The notes beneath the pieces are model-generated. The model was not told where the DNA came from. It saw nothing but the letters and a program-made list of their open reading frames with translations, and did no database searches. Of a stretch of DNA of 54,301 nt, positions 32,732-45,266 are shown in pieces; the stretch's first letter is position 1; the number at the start of each line of letters is the position of its first letter. The translations under genes were made by a program, and so were the position numbers. Source of the stretch: Acidiferrobacteraceae bacterium (GTDB lineage Bacteria; Pseudomonadota; Gammaproteobacteria; HyVt-429); the NCBI GenBank assembly GCA_011052015.1, contig DRJZ01000149.1:1-54301 (forward strand). The letters run 5' to 3'.

Positions 32732-33807
32732 ATACCCTGCATGTAGAAATTCCCGGGCGACGTTACCCGATATTCATTGGTACCGGATTATTAGACCAGC
32801 CATCTCTGCTTGAGCCCTACATCAAGGGAAAACAGGTATTGGTGGTCAGCAACGAGACCGTGGCCCCCTTCTATATCGAACGACTTCAATCTCAACTTGG
32901 CCAATATGAAGTACACCGCATCATTCTTGCCGATGGGGAACAGTACAAAAATATCGATACCCTCAATACCATTTTCGATGCCTTGCTTGAGACACCCTGT
33001 GACCGGGACGTAACCCTCATTGCTTTGGGGGGTGGGGTGGTGGGAGACATTACAGGATTTGCTGCCGCATGTTACCAGCGTGGGGTCGCCTATATTCAGG
33101 TTCCGACCACCCTCCTTGCCCAGGTGGACTCCTCGGTAGGGGGGAAAACAGCGGTCAATCACCGCCTGGGCAAAAATATGATCGGGGCCTTCTATCAGCC
33201 CCGCTGTGTCATAGCCGATACCGGGGCCTTGAGCACCTTAGCTGACCGGGAGCTGGGCGCTGGCCTTGCCGAAGTCATAAAATACGGACTGATTCGCGAC
33301 ATCGAATTCTTTGAGTGGCTGGAAGAACACCTGGATCAAATCTTGCGGCGGGACAACGACGCTCTGGTCTACGCCATCGAACGATCGTGCCAGAACAAAG
33401 CCGATATCGTAAGCCAGGACGAACACGAAGCGGGTATACGCGCCATCCTCAATCTCGGCCACACCTTTGGCCACGCCATAGAGACCGGCATGGGCTATGG
33501 TGTGTGGTTACATGGCGAAGCAGTTGCGGTTGGCATGGTTATGGCCGCCGACCTTTCGCGACGTAGCGGCTGGCTGTCCGAATCAAAATTTAGACGGGTT
33601 GAGACGCTCATCCATCGGGCTGGACTACCGACAACGGCCCCCAGTGAAATGACAGAGCCTCGTTTTCTGGACCTCATGGCCGTAGACAAAAAAGTCCACG
33701 CGGGCCAACTGCGATTAATCTTGTTACAAGACATCGGCAAGGCCGTTATCAGCGATGACTTTGATCAAACACTGCTGAAACAAACGCTAAACAGGGTGTC
33801 GGGCTGA
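32728..33807 (+). CDS. aroB: 3-dehydroquinate synthase
   Basis: 359 aa. [38 protein letters not shown]. 4-nt overlap with aroK. Confidence 0.96.
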   Translation: MNTLHVEIPGRRYPIFIGTGLLDQPSLLEPYIKGKQVLVVSNETVAPFYIERLQSQLGQYEVHRIILADGEQYKNIDTLNTIFDALLETPCDRDVTLIALGGGVVGDITGFAAACYQRGVAYIQVPTTLLAQVDSSVGGKTAVNHRLGKNMIGAFYQPRCVIADTGALSTLADRELGAGLAEVIKYGLIRDIEFFEWLEEHLDQILRRDNDALVYAIERSCQNKADIVSQDEHEAGIRAILNLGHTFGHAIETGMGYGVWLHGEAVAVGMVMAADLSRRSGWLSESKFRRVETLIHRAGLPTTAPSEMTEPRFLDLMAVDKKVHAGQLRLILLQDIGKAVISDDFDQTLLKQTLNRVSG

Positions 33808-34028
33808 AGCTCGACCTTCTACATTCCCAACCGTAATAAGCTTGTAGGCCGGAATTCAACCGCCAGGGACCTCGGCACCCGTAGTGTGCGGCCACACACG
33901 GAAGGGTATGGTGGCAGGGATCGTTCCCAATGATTCTTCTGCATTTCCCCCGTCCATGGGGGGCCAGAAGTGCGAAGAAATCATCTGGAATGATTTTGTC
34001 ATTCCGCCAGCAAGACATATCCGGGTCT

Positions 34029-34158
34029 TTGCCACAGAGACACGGAGGACACTAAGAATAACCTTATCCAATAGTTGGTACTGGCAATTAAGATTGTTTC
34101 GAGGATATTCCCTTAGAGCGACTATGCAAGTTTACTTTTCTCAGTGCCTCTGTGGCAA
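34029..34158. repeat. MITE/REP-like element, CACAGAG-type arms (130 bp)
   Basis: Left arm ttgccacagagacacgga versus the reverse complement of the right arm ttgccacagaggcactga (16/18 match). Interior near the right end resembles the 45.8-kb copy. Confidence 0.55.
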
Positions 34159-34226
34159 ATGTACTGGTTTACCCACTCAGAGCCACATTTCCATCGCCCA
34201 CCATCTACGGTAGGGTAGGCGGTAAT

Positions 34227-35378
34227 ATGCCAGAACTTGCCCCCTATGCCGCCAGTGATGTCCATTCGCGAGGACGTCGTTATCCGGAACCGGCCCCTTC
34301 CCACCGTGGGGAGTTCCAACGGGACCGTGATCGCGTCATCCATTCCACCGCATTCCGCCGCCTGGAGTACAAAACCCAGGTGTTTGTTAATCACGAAGGT
34401 GACCTGTTTCGTACCCGCCTGACCCATTCCATTGAGGTAGCCCAAATAGGTCGCTCAGTAGCCCGTGCCCTTGGGCTCAATGAAGACCTCACCGAGGCCA
34501 TCAGTCTGGCCCACGATCTGGGACATACGCCCTTTGGCCACTCCGGCCAAGATGCCTTAAATGGTTGTATGGGCGATTGGGGTGGCTTTGAACACAACCT
34601 GCAATCCCTTCGGGTTGTTGACCACTTGGAAGAAAAATACGCTGAATTTCCTGGCCTCAACCTCACCTTCGAAACGCGCGAAGGCATTCTAAAACATTGT
34701 TCGTTAAAAAATGCCGGGGCCCTGGGCGATATCGGTGCTCGTTTTATCAACCAGAAACAGGCCAGTCTGGAGGCGCAACTTGCCAATGTGGCGGATGAGA
34801 TTGCCTACAACAATCATGACGTGGACGATGGCCTGCGCTATGGGCTAATAAGCATCGAACAACTACAGGAAGTGGCGCTATTTGCGGAACAATACAATTG
34901 CGTAACTCAAAAATACCCAGGGCTGGATAAGCGGCGACACATTCATGAAACCATACGCCGCATGATCAACTATGTGGTGATCAACCTCATCGACCACAGC
35001 CAAAACCTGCTCACACAATCTGCGGTGACCCATATTGGCAATGTCCGCGATGCCGGACGCGTTCTAATTGACTACGATACCGAGGTCAAGGAAAAGACGC
35101 TTGCCCTCAAACGATTTCTGCGCGAGCATCTTTATAACCACCATCGGGTAAGGCGTATGAGTCACAAGGCCACCCGAGTCATAGAACAACTCTTTAATGC
35201 CTTTATGGACGACTATCGAATATTGCCCCCCCAATATCAAAGCCGAATTCAAGCTTGTGATAAACCTGATGGCAAAACCGGATGGGCCAGAATCGTGGCC
35301 GACTACATCGCCGGCATGACCGACCGCTACGCCATCGCCGAACATTCCCGCTTGTTTGACCCGCCGAGACCTACTTGA
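34227..35378 (+). CDS. dGTPase-like HD-domain triphosphohydrolase
   Basis: ATG at 34227 gives [35 protein letters not shown] motif TRLTHSIEV ... [11 protein letters not shown], and [11 protein letters not shown] at the C-terminus. Confidence 0.88.
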   Translation: MPELAPYAASDVHSRGRRYPEPAPSHRGEFQRDRDRVIHSTAFRRLEYKTQVFVNHEGDLFRTRLTHSIEVAQIGRSVARALGLNEDLTEAISLAHDLGHTPFGHSGQDALNGCMGDWGGFEHNLQSLRVVDHLEEKYAEFPGLNLTFETREGILKHCSLKNAGALGDIGARFINQKQASLEAQLANVADEIAYNNHDVDDGLRYGLISIEQLQEVALFAEQYNCVTQKYPGLDKRRHIHETIRRMINYVVINLIDHSQNLLTQSAVTHIGNVRDAGRVLIDYDTEVKEKTLALKRFLREHLYNHHRVRRMSHKATRVIEQLFNAFMDDYRILPPQYQSRIQACDKPDGKTGWARIVADYIAGMTDRYAIAEHSRLFDPPRPT

Positions 35379-35401
35379 GAAATGATGTGGGCACAAATAC
35401 C

Positions 35402-35425
35402 GCCACTGAAAGTGGCCTTTTCAGC
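35402..35425 (+). terminator. Weak candidate intrinsic terminator after the dGTPase-like gene
   Basis: gccact-gaa-agtggc (6-bp stem) followed by cttttc. The stem is short. Confidence 0.3.
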
Positions 35426-35491
35426 CCACCTCGGGGTCTCGACCGACTCCTCCGCAGATGGGGTGAATCAGGGCTTCCCAATGGAACCAAA

Positions 35492-35541
35492 GGGTCAGGC
35501 AGGAATGGCACTTTAAGTTAAGTACCATTCCTGCCTGACCC
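35492..35541. repeat. REP-like perfect hairpin (17-bp stem)
   Basis: gggtcaggcaggaatgg (35492-35508) is the exact reverse complement of ccattcctgcctgaccc (35525-35541). Confidence 0.6.
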
Positions 35542-35720
35542 CAGTTACGGGCCAACCCGATATTCCGTATATTTTGAGTGGGTTTAATTGAACCCCACTC
35601 CCCCAAACCGGTATACTTTGCGCCCTTTGCCTGCACGCCCAGGCGGGGCTCCCCGTCTGCCCAGCTTATGCATCTGTGCAGTCGGACAGAATCGACATTA
35701 ATTTTTGGATTTGAAAACCT

Positions 35721-38700
35721 GTGAGCAAGAATACCCGCATCCACGGCGGCCTGTACCGCCCGGAATTTGAAAAAGACAGTTGCGGCTTTGGCCTGATCGC
35801 TCAAATGGACGGGAAACCGAGCCATTGGTTGGTACAAACCGCCATCAACTCCCTGGCCTGTCTTACCCACCGTGGCGCCGTGGCGGCAGACGGCAAGACC
35901 GGCGATGGTTGTGGCCTATTACTCCAAAAGCCAGATGGATTCCTGCGCACGGTAGCCGATGAGGCCAATATTTCACTTAACAGACTCTATGCCGTGGGCA
36001 TGGTGTTTTTGAGTACCGACACCAAATTAGCGGACCAGGCCAAAAACCAACTCGAAACCGCTGTGACCCAAGCTGGTCTGTCTGTCGCCGGATGGCGGGC
36101 TCCGCCCATCGACCCACAGGCCTGCGGCGAAGAGGCCCTGGCGTCACGCCCCCATATCGAACAGGTCTTTGTCAACGCTCCTCAAAACATGAGCCCAGAT
36201 GAATTTGAACGCAAGCTGTTTGTCGCCCGTCGGCGCACGGAAAAGGCTGTCACTGACAGCGATGACACCTTTTATATTCCCAGCCTGTCGTCCAAGCTGC
36301 TCTCCTACAAAGGCCTGGTCATGCCCGGAAACTTGTCCCAATTCTATGCTGATCTCAAGGACCCCCGGCTGGAATCGGCGCTGTGTGTATTTCATCAACG
36401 TTTTTCAACCAACACCTGGCCTCAGTGGCGTTTGGCACAGCCATTTCGCCTGCTTGCCCACAATGGTGAAATCAACACCATTCAGGGCAACCGCAATTGG
36501 TCGGTAGCCCGAGGCCATAAATTTGAAACTCCACTTATAAAAAACATGGCCGACATTCGGCCCCTGGTCTCCATGGACGGATCAGACTCCAGCAGCCTGG
36601 ACAACATGCTGGAAGTCTTGCTTGCCGGCGGCATGGACATCTTTCGCGCCATGCAGCTTCTGATCCCACCGGCTTGGCAAAACATTCAAACCATGGACCC
36701 GGATCTACGCGCCTTCCATGAATACAATTCCATGCACATGGAGCCCTGGGACGGCCCCGCCGGCATCGTGCTCACCGATGGTCGTCACGCCGCCTGCGTC
36801 GTGGACCGCAATGGCCTGCGCCCTACCCGTTATGTTATCACCCAGGACCGCCATATCACCCTGGCTTCGGAAATTGGCGTCTATGACTATAAACCCGAAG
36901 ACGTGGTGGCCAAGGGCCGTCTCAAACCCGGCCAAATGATCGCCGTCGATATCGAAACCGGCACCCTTCTCCTACCCGAAGATATCGAACAATCACTCAA
37001 GCAACGGCATCCCTATCGGCAGTGGATTAACGACCATGTCACCCACATCAGGTCGGTACTGGATGAAGAAGTCAATTGCAGCGTGGCCATGAACCCGGCT
37101 ACCCTGAACATCTATCAAAAGATGTTTCAGATCAGTTTCGAAGAACGGGACCAGATATTGCGCGTGCTGGCCGAGGCAGGCCAGGAAGCCATCGGCTCCA
37201 TGGGAGACGATACCCCTTTACCGGTACTATCAAAACAAGTGCGTTCACTGTACGACTACTTTCGCCAGCAATTTGCCCAGGTAACCAATCCCCCCATCGA
37301 CCCGCTACGGGAACAGATCGTCATGTCTTTAGAGACCTGTTTCGGCCGTGAGAAGAATTTATTCGAGGAAACATCCGAACACGCCCATCGATTGCTGGTG
37401 AATTCGCCGGTATTGTCCGCCAGCAAGTTCAACCAACTACTGTCCATTGACGACTCGGCCTACAACCACGTCCGAATCGACCTGAATTATTCGGTTGACA
37501 AACCCCTGGAAGCCGCCATTCGTCACATCTGCGATGAAGCGGTTGAGGCGATCAATAACGCTGCCACCATCGTCGTGCTCAGTGATCGCGATATCGCCCA
37601 TGACAAACTTCCTATACATGCCCTGCTCGCTACCGGCGCGGTCCATCATCGGCTCATCGCCGAAGGCCTGCGTTGTGATGCAAACATTGTGGTGGAGACC
37701 GCCACCGCCCGGGACTCTCATCATTTTGCGACATTGATTGCTTATGGCGCAACGGCCATTTTTCCCTATATGGCCTATGACTGTCTATGTGACATGTTGC
37801 GCAGTAAAGAGATTCCTGACGGCGATGCAGTCAAATTGTCACAAAACTATCGCAAGGGCATCAACAAGGGTCTGTACAAAATCATCTCCAAGATGGGCAT
37901 CGCCACCATCGCCAGCTATAGAGGATCCCAGTTGTGCGAGGCAATAGGCCTCAATCAGGAAATTGTCGATCTATGTTTTAAGGGCACTACCTGTCGCATT
38001 CAAGGCGCACAGTTCTCGGAACTGGAGACCGACCAACGAATACTGGCAAAGGCCGCCTGGAATCCCCGCAAGCCCATACAACAAGGTGGCCTGTTAAAGT
38101 ACGTGCACGGCGGTGAATACCACGCCTACAACCCTGACGTCATTAAGACCATACATGCGGCAGTACAAAGCGGTGATTATGAAAAATACAAGGTCTTTAG
38201 CCAATTAGTCGATGACCGTGCGCCAACGGTACTGCGGGACCTGCTACAACTCACACCTACTGCCAAACCCATCTCCCTGGAGGAAGTGGAACCCATTGAG
38301 GACATTCTCGTCAGGTTCGACTCGGCGGGGATGTCTCTGGGTGCCCTTTCACCCGAGGCCCACGAAACCCTGGCCAAGGCCATGAATCGTCTCGGTGGCC
38401 GATCGAATTCCGGTGAAGGCGGTGAAGACCCCGAGCGTTATGTGGACCGCGACCGCTACTCAAAAATCAAGCAAGTGGCCTCAGGCCGCTTTGGTGTCAC
38501 CCCGGCCTATTTAGTCAATGCCGAGGTATTACAGATCAAGGTTGCCCAGGGCGCCAAACCTGGTGAAGGCGGTCAGTTGCCCGGCCATAAGGTCAACGAA
38601 TTTATCGCCCGTTTGCGATTTTCTCGTCCCGGGGTAGCGTTAATCTCACCACCCCCCCATCACGACATCTATTCTATTGAAGACTTGGCACAACTTATCT

Positions 38701-40184
38701 TCGACCTCAAACAGGTCAACCCCGACGCCCTGGTGTCGGTAAAACTGGTGGCCGAAGCCGGGGTCGGCACCATCGCCGCCGGGGTGGCCAAGGCCTATGC
38801 GGACCTCATCACCATCTCCGGCTATGACGGCGGTACAGGCGCCAGTCCCCTGACCAGCGTGAAGTATGCCGGTAGTCCCTGGGAACTGGGCCTCACCGAG
38901 ACCCATCAGATCCTGCGCGCTAACAACCTACGCGGCAAGGTGCGGGTACAAACCGATGGTGGCCTCAAGACCGGTCTGGACGTCATCAAGGCCGCCATCC
39001 TCGGCGCCGAGAGCTTTGGCTTTGGTACCATGCCCATGGTCGCCCTGGGTTGCAAGTACCTGCGTATCTGTCACCTCAACAACTGTGCTACCGGTGTCGC
39101 CACCCAGAACGAAACCTTGCGAAATAGAACCAATTTCATTCGAGAGGTGGGTATGGTAATGAACTATTTCCGCTTTGTGGCCGAGGATACCCGCGAACAT
39201 ATGGCGGCTCTGGGCATTCGCAAACTCACCGACCTCATTGGCCGCACCGACCTGCTCCAACAAGACGGCGCCCAGACACCTAAACAACATAAACTGGACC
39301 TGAGCCCCATACTCTCCGATGCGGGGGTCCCTAAAGACAAACCGCAATTCTGCCAGCAACCCAGGAACACCCCTTTTGATAAGGCGGAGCTTGCGGAAAC
39401 CATGGTAAAGGATGCGCTCCCCGCTATCGAATCTATGGGCGGCGGAGAATTTCACTACCCCATTCGTAACGTCAACCGCTCCATTGGCGCCCGCCTTTCC
39501 GGTGAGATCGCCAAACGCCATGGTAACCAAGGTATGGCCGCTACCCCCATCAATATCTATTTAAAGGGTTCCGCAGGCCAGAGCCTTGGGGTATGGAATG
39601 CCGGTGGCCTGAACATTCACCTTGAAGGCGATGCCAACGACTACGTAGGTAAGGGCATGGCCGGCGGCAAGATCGTTATCCGTCCCCCCGAGAATTCCAG
39701 CTTCGACAGCAATACCACTACCATTATCGGTAATACCTGCCTGTATGGCGCCACCGGTGGAAAACTATTTGCCGCCGGTCTGGCGGGAGAACGCTTTGGG
39801 GTGCGCAACTCGGGCTGTCACGCAGTGGTAGAAGGGGTCGGTGACCACGGTTGTGAATATATGACCGGCGGGGTGATCACCGTGCTGGGCCCGACAGGAC
39901 TCAACTTCGGCGCCGGCATGACTGGGGGGTTTGCCTTCGTGCTCGATCTGGATAACCGCTTCGTTCGTCATTACAACCACGAACTGGTGGATATTCACAG
40001 CATCACCCCGGAGCACATGGAGGCCCACCGCAACTATTTGTGCGGCATGATCGAAGAATTTGTTAGCGAGACAGATAGTCACTGGGGCAAGACTGTGCTG
40101 AATGAATTCGACACCATGGCGGGTCATTTTTGGCTGATTAAACCCATGGCGGCAAATCTCGAAACCTTGCTCCGGGCAGCGTAA
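35721..40184 (+). CDS. gltB: Glutamate synthase (NADPH) large subunit
   Basis: 1487 aa, GTG start. N-terminal amidotransferase Cys in [13 protein letters not shown], 3Fe-4S and GXGXG domain regions are recognisable. Confidence 0.97.
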   Translation: MSKNTRIHGGLYRPEFEKDSCGFGLIAQMDGKPSHWLVQTAINSLACLTHRGAVAADGKTGDGCGLLLQKPDGFLRTVADEANISLNRLYAVGMVFLSTDTKLADQAKNQLETAVTQAGLSVAGWRAPPIDPQACGEEALASRPHIEQVFVNAPQNMSPDEFERKLFVARRRTEKAVTDSDDTFYIPSLSSKLLSYKGLVMPGNLSQFYADLKDPRLESALCVFHQRFSTNTWPQWRLAQPFRLLAHNGEINTIQGNRNWSVARGHKFETPLIKNMADIRPLVSMDGSDSSSLDNMLEVLLAGGMDIFRAMQLLIPPAWQNIQTMDPDLRAFHEYNSMHMEPWDGPAGIVLTDGRHAACVVDRNGLRPTRYVITQDRHITLASEIGVYDYKPEDVVAKGRLKPGQMIAVDIETGTLLLPEDIEQSLKQRHPYRQWINDHVTHIRSVLDEEVNCSVAMNPATLNIYQKMFQISFEERDQILRVLAEAGQEAIGSMGDDTPLPVLSKQVRSLYDYFRQQFAQVTNPPIDPLREQIVMSLETCFGREKNLFEETSEHAHRLLVNSPVLSASKFNQLLSIDDSAYNHVRIDLNYSVDKPLEAAIRHICDEAVEAINNAATIVVLSDRDIAHDKLPIHALLATGAVHHRLIAEGLRCDANIVVETATARDSHHFATLIAYGATAIFPYMAYDCLCDMLRSKEIPDGDAVKLSQNYRKGINKGLYKIISKMGIATIASYRGSQLCEAIGLNQEIVDLCFKGTTCRIQGAQFSELETDQRILAKAAWNPRKPIQQGGLLKYVHGGEYHAYNPDVIKTIHAAVQSGDYEKYKVFSQLVDDRAPTVLRDLLQLTPTAKPISLEEVEPIEDILVRFDSAGMSLGALSPEAHETLAKAMNRLGGRSNSGEGGEDPERYVDRDRYSKIKQVASGRFGVTPAYLVNAEVLQIKVAQGAKPGEGGQLPGHKVNEFIARLRFSRPGVALISPPPHHDIYSIEDLAQLIFDLKQVNPDALVSVKLVAEAGVGTIAAGVAKAYADLITISGYDGGTGASPLTSVKYAGSPWELGLTETHQILRANNLRGKVRVQTDGGLKTGLDVIKAAILGAESFGFGTMPMVALGCKYLRICHLNNCATGVATQNETLRNRTNFIREVGMVMNYFRFVAEDTREHMAALGIRKLTDLIGRTDLLQQDGAQTPKQHKLDLSPILSDAGVPKDKPQFCQQPRNTPFDKAELAETMVKDALPAIESMGGGEFHYPIRNVNRSIGARLSGEIAKRHGNQGMAATPINIYLKGSAGQSLGVWNAGGLNIHLEGDANDYVGKGMAGGKIVIRPPENSSFDSNTTTIIGNTCLYGATGGKLFAAGLAGERFGVRNSGCHAVVEGVGDHGCEYMTGGVITVLGPTGLNFGAGMTGGFAFVLDLDNRFVRHYNHELVDIHSITPEHMEAHRNYLCGMIEEFVSETDSHWGKTVLNEFDTMAGHFWLIKPMAANLETLLRAA

Positions 40185-40223
40185 CCAAAAAACAACAACA
40201 CTGACAATAAAAAGACTCAATAA

Positions 40224-41681
<1,458 letters not shown>

Positions 41682-41687
41682 TAAAAC

Positions 41688-41803
41688 TTGCCGCAAAGGC
41701 ACGAAGACGCAAAGGAAAAATGGCTGCTTAATAATAAATATTTATACATCGCAAAACTCGTTCTGAACGAAACACATTTTTTAACTTTGCGCCTTCGCGG
41801 CAA
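41688..41803. repeat. MITE/REP-like element, CAAAG-type variant, filling the gltD-hemE gap
   Basis: Left arm ttgccgcaaaggcacgaagacgcaaagg. The right arm ctttgcgccttcgcggcaa has reverse complement ttgccgcgaaggcgcaaag. AT-rich centre. Confidence 0.5.
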
Positions 41804-41811
41804 AAACTAAT

Positions 41812-42879
41812 ATGACAACATTAAAAAACGACAGATTCCTGCGTGCCTTGATGCGCCAACCGGTGGATGTAACCCCCTTATGGATGATGCGTCAGGCCGG
41901 GCGTTATCTGCCTGAATACCGCGAAGTCAGGGCCAAGGCCGGTGATTTTATGACCCTGTGCCAAACACCCGAACTGGCCTGTGAAGTTACCCTGCAACCC
42001 CTCGACCGCTTCGACCTGGATGCCGCTATATTATTTTCCGATATCCTGACTATCCCGGATGCCATGGGATTGGGGCTCTATTTTTCTGAAGGTGAAGGAC
42101 CCAAATTCAAAAGACCGGTACGCAATGCCGAGGACATTGCCGCCCTGGGTATACCTGACCCCGAAGATGATCTGGGCTATGTGATGGATGCAGTTCGCCT
42201 GATTCGTAAGGAACTCAACGGACGTGTGCCCCTGATTGGATTTGCCGGTAGCCCCTGGACTCTGGCCACCTATGTCGTGGAAGGTGGTAGCAGTCGTGAC
42301 TTTGCCTGCATCAAACAACTCATGTTTGATCGTCCCGAACTCATGCACAAATTGCTTAGCGTACTGGCAAGCTCAATCGTCAGCTACCTCAATGCCCAAA
42401 TCCAGGCCGGCGCCCAAGCAGTGATGATCTTCGACACCTGGGGTGGCGCGCTGACACCCCGGGATTATCGTGAGTTCTCACTGCGCTATATGGGCGAGAT
42501 CGTTGACAAACTCAAACGCGAGCACAATGGCACAAAGGTTCCGGTCATTTTGTTTACAAAAAATGGTGGTCAATGGTTGGAGGCCATGGCCACCAGCGGT
42601 TGCGATGCCCTCGGCATCGACTGGACAACCGACTTAGCAGAGGCGCGTCAGCGGGTGGGTGAGCAAGTGGCGTTGCAAGGCAATATGGACCCCTCCATAC
42701 TTTACGCTTCTCCGCAACGTATCGAACAAGAAGTGGATGCGATCTTGTCGGGTTACGGTGCCGGTAGCGGCCTGGTATTCAACCTCGGCCATGGCATCCA
42801 CCAACACATCGAACCCGAAAAGGTCACGATACTGGTAGAGGCGGTACACCGCTTAAGTCCTCCCTACCATCGCTACTAA
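41812..42879 (+). CDS. hemE: Uroporphyrinogen decarboxylase
   Basis: 355 aa. [16 protein letters not shown] signature, [15 protein letters not shown]. Confidence 0.96.
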   Translation: MTTLKNDRFLRALMRQPVDVTPLWMMRQAGRYLPEYREVRAKAGDFMTLCQTPELACEVTLQPLDRFDLDAAILFSDILTIPDAMGLGLYFSEGEGPKFKRPVRNAEDIAALGIPDPEDDLGYVMDAVRLIRKELNGRVPLIGFAGSPWTLATYVVEGGSSRDFACIKQLMFDRPELMHKLLSVLASSIVSYLNAQIQAGAQAVMIFDTWGGALTPRDYREFSLRYMGEIVDKLKREHNGTKVPVILFTKNGGQWLEAMATSGCDALGIDWTTDLAEARQRVGEQVALQGNMDPSILYASPQRIEQEVDAILSGYGAGSGLVFNLGHGIHQHIEPEKVTILVEAVHRLSPPYHRY

Positions 42880-42942
42880 AACTGTATGGTAACGACCGAC
42901 CTCGGCTATGCTTGAGACTCAACCAATACAGAGATCGCTTTT

Positions 42943-43971
42943 ATGACCACCAAACGCGCCCGGCTGTTACCTGGCAATAAAGAATTTGATGTGCACGAAC
43001 ATGAATCGGTGCTTGATGCGGCACTACGCGCTGGTCTGACCCTGGGATATAGCTGTAGTAACGGGAGTTGTGGAGAGTGCCGGGCCATACTAGTCGAAGG
43101 TGAACTCAAGCGCTGCAGTCATTACGATTATGTCTTTAGCGAGGCCGAAAAAAACCAGGGTTATGTGTTGCTCTGTAGCTTTACAGCACAGACCAACATC
43201 GTTGTCGAAGCGGCCACCGCCCAAGGCGTTGAAGACCTTCCTATCCAACAGATTCGCACTACCGTTAGTAAGATAGACCGGGTAGATGAACGTACCATCA
43301 TCCTGCACCTTAAAACGCCCCGCTCTCAGAGCTTGCGCTTCTTCGCCGGTCAACACGTCACCCTCAACCTGAGTAACGGTATCATGCGCAATAAATCGGT
43401 GGCCAGCTGTCCTTGCAATGCAAGATTTCTGCAGTTCCATATCCACAATGCCCCTGGAGATGAATTTGCAGACTATGTCTTCAACAAACTCAGAGCTTTT
43501 GATGCAATCACGATTGAGGGGCCCTGGGGCGTATTTACGCTAGATGATAATTCTACCCGACCGATTATCCTGCTGGCCTATGAAACCGGATTCGCCCCTT
43601 TCCAAAGCATACTGGAACACGCCATTGCCTTGAAACTCAGTCAGCCCATCCATCTGTATTGGTTGGTAGACAATCCGGGGAGGCACTATCTAGATAACTA
43701 TATTCGTAGCTGGGTGGATGCCCTCGACAATTTCCAATACACAACTCTCGTTGCCCATGAAAAACTGGAGGATGAGGGTCTGACTCAGGAAAGAAGGATA
43801 GCCGCCCTTACCGAAGCAGGCCACCAAATCATCAAGGATCATCCCAACTTGTCGGGCCACGATATCTATATGTGTGGCCCCGACAGTCTGACCCACGCCG
43901 CAGTACAACTTCTCCTGGATCGTGGCTTACAAGAGGGCCACCTTCTCATCGATGCAGTAAAAAGACTTTAA
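42943..43971 (+). CDS. 2Fe-2S ferredoxin fused to FAD/NAD(P)-binding flavin reductase (AscD/Fre-like oxidoreductase)
   Basis: 342 aa. Plant-type cluster motif CSNGSCGECRA ... LLCS. FNR-like RFFAGQH and GPWG, then an NAD-binding half with CGP. Confidence 0.85.
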   Translation: MTTKRARLLPGNKEFDVHEHESVLDAALRAGLTLGYSCSNGSCGECRAILVEGELKRCSHYDYVFSEAEKNQGYVLLCSFTAQTNIVVEAATAQGVEDLPIQQIRTTVSKIDRVDERTIILHLKTPRSQSLRFFAGQHVTLNLSNGIMRNKSVASCPCNARFLQFHIHNAPGDEFADYVFNKLRAFDAITIEGPWGVFTLDDNSTRPIILLAYETGFAPFQSILEHAIALKLSQPIHLYWLVDNPGRHYLDNYIRSWVDALDNFQYTTLVAHEKLEDEGLTQERRIAALTEAGHQIIKDHPNLSGHDIYMCGPDSLTHAAVQLLLDRGLQEGHLLIDAVKRL

Positions 43972-44054
43972 TTACAGAGACGAGGTACGAGAAATAGAAT
44001 ACTAATTTATGGGCTATAGCAAATAATTTCTTTGCGTACTTTGCGGGCTCCGCG
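43972..44054. repeat. Degenerate member of the octamer-periodic repeat family
   Basis: ttacagagacgaggtacgagaaa ... tttctttgcgtactttgcgggctccgcg. Arms are similar in pattern but poorly complementary. Confidence 0.3.
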
Positions 44055-44068
44055 TTAACCCCCCACTC

Positions 44069-45139
44069 TCACCCTTGTTCCAGCAAACTGCGCAGATCAA
44101 TAATCGCCGCATTGGCCCGGGAAATATATGACGCCATAATAAGTGAGTAGTTCGTCACCAAACCAAATCCGCTACCATTGAGTACCATCGGGCTCCATGC
44201 CGGACGTTGGGTGCTTTCTAACTCACGAATGATTTGACGCAAACTGACCAGCGCATTTTTCTTTCGCAAGATCTCGTAAAAATCGACTTCAACGGCGCGG
44301 AGAAAATGAATCAAGGCCCACGTCATACCCCTGGCCTCATAGAAGACATCATCCACTTCCAGCCACGGGGTCTTGATCACGACCATGGCCGGCGCCTCGG
44401 TGGATTGCCTGGCGTCGGACTCCCCGGCCATATCGGTGTTCACCCTCACTTGTCCCACGCTGGCGCTGAGACGTTGTGACATACTGCCCAAACGCTTCTC
44501 AACTATTGCCAACCAGCCACGCAGATTATCCGCCCTGGCGTAGAACTGGGTACCCGTCTCGTCCTGGTCCGCCAAGTGGTTCATATAGTTGGTTAGGGCG
44601 TCAACACCTTTTCGGTATTCGCGCTCACTCGGGGGAAACAACCAGGAGTCATTGTCGAAATTAAAGTGGGGCTCAGCCTGTGACAATGACTTATTCTCTA
44701 CCGATTGGGTTTGTGACCGGCTCATATCATTTCTAAGCGCCCTCGACAAATCACGCACTTGCACCAGCACACCAAACTCCCAATTGGGAATATTGTCCAT
44801 TATCAATCCCGGCGGGGTAATATCGTTACTGAGATAGCCGCCAGGTTTTTCCAGCATGGTCTCCACCACTTTTATTAAGGTGGCAGTGGTGACATAACCT
44901 ACAACAAGCTTCTTGGAATCTCCTTCGGCTCGATCTAATGCGGCACGTTGAACATCAAAGCCGACAGGCTCACCCCCCCACAGCACCAGCAATACCAACC
45001 ACAGCACCACCAGGGCAATAGAAATGGGGTAACCAAACCATAAGTGGCTGCGTTCCCTAATTCTTTCAGGGTGAAACTGCTCGACCCAGGCCTGTATAAA
45101 CCGCGAAATCCGTCCTTGCCCCAAACGTCCGTCTGACAT
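44069..45139 (-). CDS. DUF2333-like membrane-anchored protein
   Basis: 356 aa. One N-terminal TM. Conserved-looking GGYLSNDITPPG, DNIPNWEFGVL, SRSQTQS, FYARADNL. The family assignment is from memory. Confidence 0.6.
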   Translation of the reverse strand: MSDGRLGQGRISRFIQAWVEQFHPERIRERSHLWFGYPISIALVVLWLVLLVLWGGEPVGFDVQRAALDRAEGDSKKLVVGYVTTATLIKVVETMLEKPGGYLSNDITPPGLIMDNIPNWEFGVLVQVRDLSRALRNDMSRSQTQSVENKSLSQAEPHFNFDNDSWLFPPSEREYRKGVDALTNYMNHLADQDETGTQFYARADNLRGWLAIVEKRLGSMSQRLSASVGQVRVNTDMAGESDARQSTEAPAMVVIKTPWLEVDDVFYEARGMTWALIHFLRAVEVDFYEILRKKNALVSLRQIIRELESTQRPAWSPMVLNGSGFGLVTNYSLIMASYISRANAAIIDLRSLLEQG

Positions 45140-45266
45140 TTAAAACACTCCGATAGTCAATGTTGCTATGATCGGCACAAGTATAGCTCAGTAGTGGTTA
45201 GATAGGCACGAACCCACATGGAAAGAGTATGGCATTCCACCGGCCCGCGTGCTAAACAGTGCACCC

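Noticed and set aside
35506-35520. A sigma54-like -24 element, TGGCAC, followed by tttaaGTTA.
   Set aside because: The -12 element is not TTGC, and the motif is simply part of the REP hairpin arm and loop.
35421-35870. A 149-aa minus-strand ORF spanning the gltB leader and the gltB 5' end.
   Set aside because: It runs through the perfect REP hairpin, overlaps the gltB start and has no recognisable family features. It is most likely spurious.
45181-45206. A tRNA-like string, gtatagctcagtagtggttagatagg, resembling a D-arm and loop.
   Set aside because: No matching acceptor stem, anticodon arm or GGTTCGAATCC-type T-arm follows. At most it is a tRNA fragment, and it may be chance.
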